Shown here: positions 42,585-52,578 of the stretch, piece by piece
Numbering within the stretch: position 1 is the first letter of the stretch
How the letters are laid out: the number at the start of each line of letters is the position of its first letter
Source of the DNA: a virus
Lineage: Duplodnaviria; Caudoviricetes
DNA length: 64,000 nucleotides
IMG/VR virus record: IMGVR_UViG_3300046717_000225
Location: 15,320-79,319 of that record
Direction: 5' to 3' (one strand)
The notes under the pieces: generated by a model
Databases searched by the model: none
What the model was told of the DNA's origin: nothing
Seen by the model: only the letters and a program-made list of their open reading frames with translations
Position numbers and translations under genes: made by a program

Positions 42585-44804
42585 GTGGCGCTGATCCCGG
42601 GCAACCTCCTCAGCGAGAACAACCAGTCCGTTGAAACGTCCATCGGCGGCTGGGCCTCGTTCACCTCCGTCTCCTCGGGCATCGTCCAGTCCACGACGCA
42701 GGCCTTTGACGGCACCCACTCCGCAGCCAGCACCGCCAACGCAGGTACGGCGGGCGCGCTCGGCGGTCTGGTGACCACGGTCGACCTCCCCGTGGTCCGG
42801 CCGGGTTCCGCGTACGAGTACAGCTACTTCGTGTTCAGCCCGAAGAAAGCGATCTTCAACGCGAACCTGGACTGGTACCAGGCCAACAACACGACCTTTG
42901 TCAGTTCGACGAACAGTCCGGGCCAGGAAGTGCCGGTCAACACCTGGACAAAGATTACGGGTGGAGGCATTGTCCCGGCTCTGTCCGGGCTCGCGCGCTG
43001 CTACCTCCAGGTGACGAGCGGCCTGGCGGCTGCGGACGTCGTCTTCTTCGATCAGATGTTCTTCGGCTGGCCATTGGCGGCCGATCTCGTCCCCCTGTTC
43101 CGGCCGGAGGGTCTGCCCTGGTCCAGGTTCCGTCCGTGGGAGGGTGCGCCGGACGGCATCCACAACGTGATCGTGAACGCGGGCACGGCCTCGGTCACCT
43201 TCCGGACCCCGTCCACCCGGCTGCGCCTGCTGCTCGCGCTGACCAGCGAGTCCGGCCAGGGCGCCACCGTCACCACGTTCAACGACGCCGCGCCTCTGGG
43301 TGTTCTGCTCACCCCGGACGACCCCCTCGGCGGGATGCAGCCCTGGACCGGTGCACCGGACAGCACCTCTCCGGCGGCCACGGTCGCTACGGCGGGAGCG
43401 GCCTCGGTCACGTTCATTGGCTTGACGGCTGCGGCTGCTCTCGGAGCCCTTCCCGGGACGGGCTCGGTCAGCCTGTCCGGGCAGCAGGCCACGGCCGGGC
43501 TGACGGGACAGCCGGGGAACGCGTCCGTCGCCCTGAGCGCTCAGGGGCCGACGGCCGGGCGCGACGCTCTTCCCGGGACCGCAGCGCTCACGCTCACCGG
43601 GCTGAACGCCACGACCGCCCTGAGCGCGCTGCCCGGTACGGCCTTGGTCACGACGAGCGTGCCGCAGGAGACCACGGCCCTGGGGACCTTCCCGGGCAAC
43701 GCCCCGGTCAGCCTCACCGCCCTGAACGCGGGCACGACCAGCACCGAGGGGACCTACGACCCCTCCCCCGTGCTCTTCCTGCCGGACGATCCGCTCGGGG
43801 GCGTACAGCCCTGGGCCGGCGCCCCGGACAGCACCACCCCGGGTGCGACCACGGCCACGGCCGGGACCGCTTCCGTCAGCCTGGTCGCTCTCGCGCCGGC
43901 CGCCGGACTTGGCGCCCTGCCGGGTACGGGCTCGGTCACGCTCACAGGGCAGAGCCCGTCCGCCTCCCTCGGCGCGCTCCCGGGCACGGGCGCCCTCACC
44001 CTGACGGCACAGACCCCCTCCGTTGCGCTGTCCGCGCTTCCGGGAACGGGCTCGGTCTCCCTGACCGCCCAGGCCCCGTCCGCCGGCCTGAGCGCCCTGC
44101 CCGGCACGGCCTCGGTCACGACGAGCGTGCAGCAGGACGTGCCCGGACTCGGCGCCCTGCCGGGTACGGCTCCGGTCACCTTCACCGGGCAGAGCGCCAC
44201 GACCTCCACCCAGGAGGACCCGCAGGCGCTGCCCGTCCTGCTGCTCACCCCGGACGACGTGCTCGGCGGGATGCTGCCCTGGACGGGCGCACCGCAGGGA
44301 ATCGTCACCGGGGACATGACCGTGAACGCGGGCGCGGCGGCCGTCTCGGTCACCGCACAGGGGCCGTCCACCGCCCTGGTCATCAGCACGGGCACGGCGG
44401 CCTTCACCCTGACGGCGCAGAACCCCTCAGCCGCCTTCTCCGGGACTGCGACACCGGGCACGGCCACGGTTACCCTGACGGCCGCCGGGACGTCCCTTGC
44501 CCTCACCGCGCTGCCGGGAACGGCCGCTTCCGCCCTGTCCGCCCGGAGCCCGGCTGCCGGTCTCGACGCCCTGCCCGGACCGGCCGTTCTGACCCTGACC
44601 GCGTACGAGCCCACGGTCACCGTCCCGCAGGCGGCCCACGGCCGGACCGTCTCCGGCCGGGAACCCGCGAGCACGGCCAGGGGCAAGGAGCCCGACGCCC
44701 TGCTGTCCGGCCGGGAGCCCTCAGCGAGGCTGAAGGGCAAGGAGCCGGTATCTTCACGATCAGGGAATGAGCCGGACGACACGATCAAGGGGAGGGAAGG
44801 ATGA
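42585..44804 (+). CDS. repetitive fibre-like protein with N-terminal CBM-like domain
   Basis: GNLLSENNQSVE..GGW; many LPGT(A/G)xVxLT(A/G)Q repeats; PDDPLGGxQPWxGAPD linkers; C-terminal GREP/GKEP repeats. Confidence 0.65.
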   Translation: MALIPGNLLSENNQSVETSIGGWASFTSVSSGIVQSTTQAFDGTHSAASTANAGTAGALGGLVTTVDLPVVRPGSAYEYSYFVFSPKKAIFNANLDWYQANNTTFVSSTNSPGQEVPVNTWTKITGGGIVPALSGLARCYLQVTSGLAAADVVFFDQMFFGWPLAADLVPLFRPEGLPWSRFRPWEGAPDGIHNVIVNAGTASVTFRTPSTRLRLLLALTSESGQGATVTTFNDAAPLGVLLTPDDPLGGMQPWTGAPDSTSPAATVATAGAASVTFIGLTAAAALGALPGTGSVSLSGQQATAGLTGQPGNASVALSAQGPTAGRDALPGTAALTLTGLNATTALSALPGTALVTTSVPQETTALGTFPGNAPVSLTALNAGTTSTEGTYDPSPVLFLPDDPLGGVQPWAGAPDSTTPGATTATAGTASVSLVALAPAAGLGALPGTGSVTLTGQSPSASLGALPGTGALTLTAQTPSVALSALPGTGSVSLTAQAPSAGLSALPGTASVTTSVQQDVPGLGALPGTAPVTFTGQSATTSTQEDPQALPVLLLTPDDVLGGMLPWTGAPQGIVTGDMTVNAGAAAVSVTAQGPSTALVISTGTAAFTLTAQNPSAAFSGTATPGTATVTLTAAGTSLALTALPGTAASALSARSPAAGLDALPGPAVLTLTAYEPTVTVPQAAHGRTVSGREPASTARGKEPDALLSGREPSARLKGKEPVSSRSGNEPDDTIKGREG

Positions 44805-45130
44805 GTCTTCAGATCGGGCCTTACACCCAGGGTGAGAAGCCCGCTCCGCTGACCTATCAGTTCCTGGACAACGACGGGAACCTGATCAACCTTCTCGGCT
44901 ACTCGGCCAAGTTCAGCTACCAGGAGCACGACGGCACAGCCACCGTCGCCAACGCCACCGTGAGCGACGCAGCGAACGGGAAGGTGACGTACACCTTCAC
45001 CGGGGCAGAGTTCGCGACCGCCGGGCACTACCGGGCGCAGTTCTGGTCGGGGAACGGCGTGAACCGTCTTGCTTCGGTGGATCTTCTCTTCGACGTCGCC
45101 GTGTCCGTCGGCGCGGCCCCGAGCATCTAG
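44801..45130 (+). CDS. BppU N-terminal-like Ig domain protein
   Basis: TQGEKPAPLTYQFLDNDGNLINL...DAANGKVTYTF...AGHYRAQF. Confidence 0.6.
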   Translation: MSLQIGPYTQGEKPAPLTYQFLDNDGNLINLLGYSAKFSYQEHDGTATVANATVSDAANGKVTYTFTGAEFATAGHYRAQFWSGNGVNRLASVDLLFDVAVSVGAAPSI

Positions 45131-45139
45131 GAGACGGCC

Positions 45140-45526
45140 ATGGCACACGGACAGGTACCCGTCACCCCGGGCTCCGGGCTGTCCATCGACGCCCACCAGG
45201 TAGGCGACGGCGGCTGGCAGCAGATTGTCCGTACGGTGCGCGCGGACACCCGCATTCCGGTCACCTGGACTCCGGTCACCACGGCAGCGGCCCTGATCGC
45301 AGCGGACGAAGCCCGGGTCGGCCTGCTGATCTACAACGCCTCGTCCGTCCGGGTCTACCTCCAGTTCACCAATGCAGCGACCGTGACGACCGCGAACGCG
45401 GACTGGTACCTCGACTCGGGGGACCGCTGGGATGTCCCGGAGGAGTGGGTGCCGATGGCCGTCTCCGCCGTGGGCGCCTCCGCTGGTACGGGCACCGTCA
45501 ACTTCACCCTCGGAACGGAGACCTGA
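45140..45526 (+). CDS. virion structural protein
   Basis: GGAG RBS; RVGLLIYNAS..VYL pattern. Confidence 0.55.
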   Translation: MAHGQVPVTPGSGLSIDAHQVGDGGWQQIVRTVRADTRIPVTWTPVTTAAALIAADEARVGLLIYNASSVRVYLQFTNAATVTTANADWYLDSGDRWDVPEEWVPMAVSAVGASAGTGTVNFTLGTET

Positions 45527-47289
45527 TGCCTGTCTCCCCGGCGCAGGCTGCGCAGGTGCCCGACTTCTGGGCCGTGTTCGGGCACAGCTACATGCAGTAC
45601 GCCTTCGGCACGTACACCCAGAACGGCCGGGCGGACGCCCTGTTCTTCGCCTCCATGGACACTGAAGCCACCAACCGCCGCAACTGGGCCGTGAACGGGA
45701 GCCGGGCCTGCATCGAGGGCGCGAGCACCGGGGGCTTCCGCCGGTTCTTCAACGGAGCCAAGAAGCCCCAGCGCGGCGCCCCGTACACGGCGGACGGGGG
45801 CGCGGCCCTGTTCTGCTGGGGCATCAACGACCTCGGCCTGGCCGGGTTCACGACCCAGTTCAAGACCGCCTACGCGCACGCCATGCGGACCTGCATCAGC
45901 CGCTGGCGCATGGCGGTCATCTATGAGAACGGCTTCCAGGTCGGCACCCGGACCAGTTACGGCGCCGGGTTTGGGGCGGTCGCCGCCGTCGGCTACACCT
46001 CGGGGGACAGCGCGCACTGGTGCACCGCGACCACGAACGCCAACTTCACCCTCACCCTGCCGAGCGACTACAACGGCGAGGTCGTGTCGGTCTGCCTGGT
46101 CGGGGCCGGGGGCGTGTCCGGGGGCATCGTCACCTGGGGCGGCACGGCCGGCGTCTCCGGCACCACGAGCACAAGCAACATCCTGCCCAGCTCGGCCGTG
46201 AGTCACTGCCCGGTCACCGTCCGCTTCTCCGGCCTCACTTCCGCCAACGCCGGGCAGACCATCACCGGCACGGTGAACACGCTCGACGCCGGCGGAGCGG
46301 TGATGTTCGACTACTGGGGGCTGGAGTCCAAGTACCCGGCACCGGTCGTCTGCTGCAACACGGCCCGCCTCCCCGCAGCCGGCTATACGGCCAACTACCC
46401 CAGCTGGACCGGGACCGAAGCCAGCCGGGACCAGGACGTCCTCGACCTGAACAGCAACCTGGCCTCGGTGGTGGCCGAATTCGACGGCATGGTCCAGATA
46501 GCCGACATGGACTCCGTGGTGAGCAAGGACGCCACCCTCCTGGCCAGCGACAGCCTGCACCCCAACGAGTACGGGGCGGCAGCCATCGTGGACGCCATCC
46601 AGGCCGCGCGCAAGCGCCTGAGCCCCACCTCTCCCAGCCAGACCCGGAACCTGAACGTCCCGGCGCCCCGGGCGGGCGGGACCCGCCGTCCCCGCCGGTC
46701 GGGCCTGTGGTACACGGCGGACAACGTGCCGCCCCCAGCCGCCACCACAGCCGCGACCATCGTCGCCGGGGACCTGTGGGCCATCCCGGTCCAGGTGACC
46801 GAAGCCCGTGAGTTCTGGAACCGCCTGGCCCTCGAACTGGCCACGACCGTGGCAGCCGCCGGCTCCGTCCGCTGGGGGATCTACGACGACGTCGGCTGGG
46901 ACGCGTACCCCGGGGAACTCGTTGCCGAGCCCACGGCCGCGAGCGGCGCCCTGTCCACAGGGACAGCCGCAGGTGCGGTATTCAGTCCGACGTCGGGCAA
47001 CGGGTCGTTCCAGACAGTCATGGACCCGGGCCTGTACTGGATCGGCCTGCTGATCGTGACCATTGGCACCCCGGTGGTCCTGCGGTCCATCCAGGGGCCG
47101 AACGGCGTCATGTCCAACACGACGACAACCGGTGCCCTGGGGGCGATGACCCTCGCGACGATGCCCAACGGATACAAGCTCACAGGGCAGGCGACGACAG
47201 CCATGCCCACCAGCTTTCCGGCGAGCGCGGTCGCGACGGCGAACGCACCGTACGTCGGCTTCCAGGTCAACATCAACGCGACGAACTGA
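45526..47289 (+). CDS. SGNH/GDSL hydrolase-domain tail protein
   Basis: FGHSY (block I), NGSRA, WGINDL (block III), DSLHPN (DxxH). Confidence 0.72.
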   Translation: MPVSPAQAAQVPDFWAVFGHSYMQYAFGTYTQNGRADALFFASMDTEATNRRNWAVNGSRACIEGASTGGFRRFFNGAKKPQRGAPYTADGGAALFCWGINDLGLAGFTTQFKTAYAHAMRTCISRWRMAVIYENGFQVGTRTSYGAGFGAVAAVGYTSGDSAHWCTATTNANFTLTLPSDYNGEVVSVCLVGAGGVSGGIVTWGGTAGVSGTTSTSNILPSSAVSHCPVTVRFSGLTSANAGQTITGTVNTLDAGGAVMFDYWGLESKYPAPVVCCNTARLPAAGYTANYPSWTGTEASRDQDVLDLNSNLASVVAEFDGMVQIADMDSVVSKDATLLASDSLHPNEYGAAAIVDAIQAARKRLSPTSPSQTRNLNVPAPRAGGTRRPRRSGLWYTADNVPPPAATTAATIVAGDLWAIPVQVTEAREFWNRLALELATTVAAAGSVRWGIYDDVGWDAYPGELVAEPTAASGALSTGTAAGAVFSPTSGNGSFQTVMDPGLYWIGLLIVTIGTPVVLRSIQGPNGVMSNTTTTGALGAMTLATMPNGYKLTGQATTAMPTSFPASAVATANAPYVGFQVNINATN

Positions 47290-47292
47290 GGG

Positions 47293-48093
47293 ATGGCCAT
47301 GGCTCTGGACGTCGGGCCCTGCTCCGACTGGGTTCCTTACTGGACCTGTGACGACGTACTCACGGCGTCCCCGGCCCTGACCGGCTACGCCGTGAACGCG
47401 GCCACCCGCGTGCTCTGGTCCCTGTCGGGCCGGCGCTTCGGCACGTGCCAGGCGACGCTGCGGCCCTGTCGCCGGGAGTGCTACACGGACTTCCCGCTGG
47501 GCTGGAGCCAGTGGGACCGGGCGTCGCAGGGCAACTTCGTCTGGAGCGACTACCGGTACTGGTTCCCGCTCGGCTGCGGCTCGTGCGAGGGCAGCTGCTC
47601 GTGCACGCGGATCTCCGAGACCGTGCTGCCCGTGCCCGTGAACACGGTCGTCCAGGTGAAGGTGGACGGGACCCCACTCGTGACCGGCGCGTACCGGGTC
47701 GACAACAACCGCCTCCTGGTGCGGACGGACGGGCAGGTCTGGCCCCGGTGCAACGACCTGAACAAGGACGACACCCAGGCCGGAACCTGGTCCGTCACGG
47801 CCACGTACGGGGAGGACGTCCCCCAGTCGGCCCGGTTCGCCGTGGGCGAGCTGGCCTGTGAGATCATCAAGGCGGCCACCGGGACGGACTGCCGCCTGCC
47901 CCCGGGCATCACCAGCCTGGCCCGGCAGGGCGTCAACATCTCCATCCCCGACTTCGGCGACCTGCTCAAGGACGGCCGGACGGGGTTGTACCTGGTGGAC
48001 ATGTTCCTGGTCACGGAGAACCCGCACCGGCTCCAGCAGCGGGGCCGGGTGTTCAGCGTGGACCACCCGAGCGTACGGAGGACGGGCACATGA
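47293..48093 (+). CDS. head-to-tail adaptor
   Basis: LWSLSGRRFGTC..LRPC...VKVDG...WPRCNDL...GELACE...CRLP...RQGV. Confidence 0.7.
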   Translation: MAMALDVGPCSDWVPYWTCDDVLTASPALTGYAVNAATRVLWSLSGRRFGTCQATLRPCRRECYTDFPLGWSQWDRASQGNFVWSDYRYWFPLGCGSCEGSCSCTRISETVLPVPVNTVVQVKVDGTPLVTGAYRVDNNRLLVRTDGQVWPRCNDLNKDDTQAGTWSVTATYGEDVPQSARFAVGELACEIIKAATGTDCRLPPGITSLARQGVNISIPDFGDLLKDGRTGLYLVDMFLVTENPHRLQQRGRVFSVDHPSVRRTGT

Positions 48094-48590
48094 TCAGTGG
48101 AGCGCTGCGCTGGTACACCGTGGGCGGGTATCTCATGGTCGCCGTCCGGGATGGCCTCACGGTACCCGTGGCCCGCTCCGGGCAGGTGCCCGGGGAGATC
48201 GCATGGGACGAGTGCTGTGACGGCATGCTCGCCGTCGCCGCCCCGCGTGCCTACTTCTCCGAGGAGTTCCCGGCCGAGGCCGAGAGCACGATCGGCATCC
48301 TGTGCCAGGCGCCGTACGAGGTCGGCGAGTTCACGGTCACCGTGCTGCGCTGCGCCCCGGTGCCCGACGGACAGGCCGTCGCGCCCACGGCGGCCGAGCT
48401 GGACGCTTCTGCCGCGCTGCTGCTCCAGGACATGGCCGAGACGATGGACGCCGTGGCGGCTGTGCTGTGCTCCCTCAAGGCGAGCGACCTGATCAGTGAC
48501 TACCTGCTCACCCCGGCCGAGGCCGCCGGTCCGGAGGGCGGCTGCGTCGGGCTCAACCTGCGGGTGCTCGTAGGTCTGGAGCGTGCGTGA
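48090..48590 (+). CDS. putative tail terminator
   Basis: Position; IAWDECC...VTVLRC motif. Confidence 0.5.
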   Translation: MISGALRWYTVGGYLMVAVRDGLTVPVARSGQVPGEIAWDECCDGMLAVAAPRAYFSEEFPAEAESTIGILCQAPYEVGEFTVTVLRCAPVPDGQAVAPTAAELDASAALLLQDMAETMDAVAAVLCSLKASDLISDYLLTPAEAAGPEGGCVGLNLRVLVGLERA

Positions 48591-48973
48591 TGGCCACGGT
48601 CAAGGTGAAGATCGACGACGCTGCGGTGGACAGGATGCTGCGCAGTTCCGGCGGACCGGTGGGCCGGGACCTCCAGCGCCGGGGACGGAACGTCGGCCGG
48701 CGTGCGCGCCAGCTCGCCCCCGGCACCATGAAGCGGAAGATCACCGTGGACATGGAGAGCGGCCACGTCCGCGTCTCCTGCACCCACCCGGCCACGATCT
48801 TCGTGGTCAAGAAGACCCGGCCGCACTGGATACGCCGCAACTCCCCGAACCCCCGCGCCCGGCTCAAGTTCAGCGTCGGCGGGAAGACCGTGTTCGCCCG
48901 GAAGGTGTGGCACCCCGGGAACCGGCACCCGAATAATTTTCTTCTCCGCGCTCTGCGCGAGGCCGCACGCTAG
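48587..48973 (+). CDS. HK97 gp10-like tail completion protein
   Basis: Basic; VWHPG...NNFLLRAL. Confidence 0.6.
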   Translation: MMATVKVKIDDAAVDRMLRSSGGPVGRDLQRRGRNVGRRARQLAPGTMKRKITVDMESGHVRVSCTHPATIFVVKKTRPHWIRRNSPNPRARLKFSVGGKTVFARKVWHPGNRHPNNFLLRALREAAR

Positions 48974-49012
48974 CGGGGAGATCTTGCTAGCTCCGGCGCT
49001 AGCATTCGGATC

Positions 49013-49435
49013 ATGCGGAATTTCACCAAGGAACGCAAGAAGATCGAGTTCCAGATCGACGACGACGTCTTCACGGCGAAGTCCCCCATCCCGGCGCAGA
49101 CGCTGATCGACTTCGCCCGACAGTTCACCTCGTTGGGCACGGCGTCCTCCGTGGAGGAGCAGCTGTCCGCGTTCGACGCGGTGCTGTCCCTGGTGCTCAT
49201 GCCCGCGAGCCTGGAACGGTTCCGCACCCGCATGGACGACCCGGACGAGCCCATCGCGATAGACCAGGTGGAAGAGGTCATCACCTGGCTGTTCGAGGAG
49301 TACGGCATGCGCCCTACCGAGCTGCCCTCCGGCTCCTCGGATGGGCAGCCCAGCCCGGAGTCTGGCACGAGCTTGACGGAGAACACACAGGACGTGGTGT
49401 CGATCTCCTTGGACTCCCCTTCGACCGCTTCCTGA
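49013..49435 (+). CDS. tail assembly chaperone (short form)
   Basis: Directly upstream of TMP; FEEYGMRPT. Confidence 0.75.
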   Translation: MRNFTKERKKIEFQIDDDVFTAKSPIPAQTLIDFARQFTSLGTASSVEEQLSAFDAVLSLVLMPASLERFRTRMDDPDEPIAIDQVEEVITWLFEEYGMRPTELPSGSSDGQPSPESGTSLTENTQDVVSISLDSPSTAS

Positions 49436-49674
49436 ACGTGGTGTACTCCGCCTACCTCCAGCAGATCCCCCGGGACGAGCACGGGAGCATCCCGGCCGAA
49501 ACGAAGCGGCAGGTGGACACGGAACTCGGGGTGGCGCAGTGGAAGACCCCGATGAGCTTCGTACGGCCGGACAGCAGGCCCCGGGTTACCGAGGACGGGC
49601 TGAAGATCCCGGACTGGTGGACGGACGACGAGACCGAGAGCCAGAAGCAGCTGGCCGCACTGGGACTGGAGTGA
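49013..49674 (+). CDS. tail assembly chaperone, -1 frameshift extended form
   Basis: -1 frame open from CCC-TAC (49312): PYRAALRLLGW...WHELDG...GVDLLGLPFDRFLNVVY. Confidence 0.65.
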
Positions 49675-49680
49675 TCTGAC

Positions 49681-52575
49681 ATGGCCCTGGGGACCCTGGT
49701 CGGAGCGGGCTTCGTCCGGATCGATGCGGACACCACTCCGGCCAAGAAAGCCATCCAGGCTCTGGGTGCGCTCGGGTCCCTCGGCGGAGCGGGTGCGCTC
49801 GGCGGGCTGATCGCACCCATCACCGCTGCCACGCTCTCCCTCGCGAGTGCGTTCGCGGTCGCCGGCGGGGCAGCGGTCGTGTTCGGAGCAGCGGTCAAGC
49901 CCCAGTTCGACGACATCAAGAAGGCCATGGCCCAGCAGGCGATAGCCGAGACCGCGAGCACCAAGGCGACCAACGCGCGCGCGACCGCACAGGATCTGGC
50001 CCGGCAGGGCGGATTCAAGTACGGGCAGCAAGTAAAGATCACTGCGGGGATGACGGACGCGGCCCGGGAACGGGCCAAGGCCTACAACTCCTCCTTGGCC
50101 GCATCCACATCCTCGGCGAAATCGGCCGCCGCAGCGCATGCCCTGTACAAGGGCCAGCTGAGCGGCATGCCCAAGGCGACCCAGAACACCTCCAACGCCC
50201 TCCTCAAGCTCAAGGACGACACGCAGGCCTGGTCCCGGTCCCTGTCCGGAAGCACGATGCCGATCTTCACCCGGGGTATCCAGTTCCTGGACGGCCTGCT
50301 GCCCAAGCTGAGTCCGATCGTCCGCAGCGTGTCACGGGAGATCATGAGCTTCCTGGACACGCTGGGGGAGGGCTCCGCCGGGAAGGTGTTCAAGGAGTTC
50401 GGCGGGAACATCTCCCGGAACGGTGCCGGGATGCTGAGGACGTTCCTGGACACGGCGCGCAACGTGATCGTTGGCGTGATCGGCATCCTGAACGCGTTCC
50501 TGCCCGCGTCCGCCGGGGTCACGGGTGGCATCGAGAAGATGACGGCCAAGTTCGCCACGTTCGGCGCCAACCTCGGCTGGCGCAAGGGCTTCAACGAGTG
50601 GCTCGACAAGATGAGGGGCCAGGGCCCCGGCCTCATGAAGACCTTCCAGCAGATCGCCCAGGCGGTCATCACCGTCGTCTCCGCCATGGGGCCGCTGTCC
50701 GGCATCGGCCTCAAGACAGCACAGGCTTTTGCCCAGCTGATCTCGGCCATCCCCACGTCCGTGCTCAAGCTGCTCGCGCAGACGATCGTCATCATCAACG
50801 TGGGCATGAAGCTGTACGCCCTCTACACCTCCGCCGCAGCTGCCGCCACCTGGCTGTTCAGCACGGCAGAGGGGCAGAGCAACCTCCAGATCGGCATCCA
50901 GAACACCCTCCTGGTCCTTTTGTGGATACGGATGAAGGCCATCGCCATCGCGCAGGGCATCGCCTCCGCAGCCACCCTGATCTGGACCTTGGCCACCACC
51001 GCACAGGGCCGGGCCCTGGCTTTGCAGATCATCCAGCTCGGGCTGGTCAAGGCTGCTCTGTTCGCGCAGCGGATCGCCATGGGCATCGCGACCGCTGCCC
51101 AGTGGCTGTGGAACGCGGCCATGTCAGCGAACCCGATCGGCCTGGTCATCATCGCCATCGCTGCCCTCGTCGCCGCGATCGTCTTCATCGCCCTGAAGAC
51201 CACCTGGTTCCAGACTGCGTGGAAGTACACCTGGAACTTCATCAAGCAGGTCGCAATGGACGTCGGACACTGGTTCTCAGGACCGTTCGTCAACTTCTTC
51301 GTGGGTGCCTGGAACGCGATCAAACGGAATTTCATTGATCCTCAGGTGCACTTTTTCACGGTCACGATCCCCAACGCGGCCTCAAGCATGTGGCACGGAG
51401 TCGAGGGGTTCGTCCGGGCGATGGTCCTGGGGGTCCTGGACGGCTTCGGTTCGATCATCCACGGGGCGACCAAGCTGTTCGGCTGGGTGCCCGGGGTGGG
51501 AGGGAAGCTCAAGCAGGCGTCCAAGGCGTTCGACAACTTCCGTGACGACGTGAACAAGGCCCTCGGCGGGGTCAACGGCAAGACGGTCGCCGTCAAGGTC
51601 GCCTTCGGGGCCAAGGACTCCGCAGGCTTCACCAACATCGGCGGTATCGCCCGTGCGTCCGGCGGCCCCATCAACGGTGTCGGGACATCCACGAGCGACA
51701 GCAACATGGTCTTCGCGTCCAAGGGCGAGCACATGCTCTCCGCCAAGGAGGTCCAGGGGTTCGGTGGCCACGGTGCTGTGGAGGCCATGCGCGCGAACGC
51801 CCGCTCCGGGATGTACGGGTATGCGATCGGGGGTGCGATCGGCGTGCGGCCCTCGGCTCCGGGACAGGCGTCGATCAACTCCAGCGTCACGGCTGCGGTT
51901 GTGCACCTCGCCCGCGCCAGCGCACAGGCGCTGTACAACAGCTTGATCCCGAGCATCGGGGCCGGAACGACCGGCTCGTTCGCCTCCGTCGGCTCGGGCG
52001 TGAAGCGCTGGACGTCCACGGTCCAGGGAATCCTGCGCATCCTGAACCTGTCCCAGTCCTGGACGTCCACCGTCCTGCGCCGCATGAACCAGGAGTCCGG
52101 GGGCAACCCGAACATCGTCAACCGCTGGGACAGCAACTGGAAGGCGGGCCACCCCTCGGTCGGTCTGATGCAGGTCATCCGGGGAACTTTCCAGACCTAC
52201 GCCGGCCGCTACCGGGGGACGGGCCCGTACATGTACGGGGTCTCGGTCAACCCGTCGGCGAACATCTACGCGGGCCTGAACTACGCCACCCACCGCTACG
52301 GCTCCCTGTCCGCCCTCAACCGCCCCGGCGGGTACGACAACGGCGGTCTGCTGATGCCGGGCTGGACGGCCGCGTACAACGGGACCGGCGTCCCGGAGAT
52401 GGTCACGCCGCCGGGCGGGCGGGGGTCCGGTTCGGGGGCACAGATCGTCCAGGTGGTGGTAGAGAACCACGGGGTGATCGGTTCCCGGTACGAGCTGGAG
52501 AACTGGCTGGTGTCGTCGTTCGAGCAGTTGCAGCGGCAGGGGCGCATCCGCATCATCACCCGAGCGGGGTCGTGA
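49681..52575 (+). CDS. tape measure protein with C-terminal lytic transglycosylase
   Basis: Ala-rich helical repeats; MNQESGGNP..VNRWDSN...SVGLMQVI..TF..Y (SLT motif). Confidence 0.9.
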   Translation: MALGTLVGAGFVRIDADTTPAKKAIQALGALGSLGGAGALGGLIAPITAATLSLASAFAVAGGAAVVFGAAVKPQFDDIKKAMAQQAIAETASTKATNARATAQDLARQGGFKYGQQVKITAGMTDAARERAKAYNSSLAASTSSAKSAAAAHALYKGQLSGMPKATQNTSNALLKLKDDTQAWSRSLSGSTMPIFTRGIQFLDGLLPKLSPIVRSVSREIMSFLDTLGEGSAGKVFKEFGGNISRNGAGMLRTFLDTARNVIVGVIGILNAFLPASAGVTGGIEKMTAKFATFGANLGWRKGFNEWLDKMRGQGPGLMKTFQQIAQAVITVVSAMGPLSGIGLKTAQAFAQLISAIPTSVLKLLAQTIVIINVGMKLYALYTSAAAAATWLFSTAEGQSNLQIGIQNTLLVLLWIRMKAIAIAQGIASAATLIWTLATTAQGRALALQIIQLGLVKAALFAQRIAMGIATAAQWLWNAAMSANPIGLVIIAIAALVAAIVFIALKTTWFQTAWKYTWNFIKQVAMDVGHWFSGPFVNFFVGAWNAIKRNFIDPQVHFFTVTIPNAASSMWHGVEGFVRAMVLGVLDGFGSIIHGATKLFGWVPGVGGKLKQASKAFDNFRDDVNKALGGVNGKTVAVKVAFGAKDSAGFTNIGGIARASGGPINGVGTSTSDSNMVFASKGEHMLSAKEVQGFGGHGAVEAMRANARSGMYGYAIGGAIGVRPSAPGQASINSSVTAAVVHLARASAQALYNSLIPSIGAGTTGSFASVGSGVKRWTSTVQGILRILNLSQSWTSTVLRRMNQESGGNPNIVNRWDSNWKAGHPSVGLMQVIRGTFQTYAGRYRGTGPYMYGVSVNPSANIYAGLNYATHRYGSLSALNRPGGYDNGGLLMPGWTAAYNGTGVPEMVTPPGGRGSGSGAQIVQVVVENHGVIGSRYELENWLVSSFEQLQRQGRIRIITRAGS

Positions 52576-52578
52576 GGC

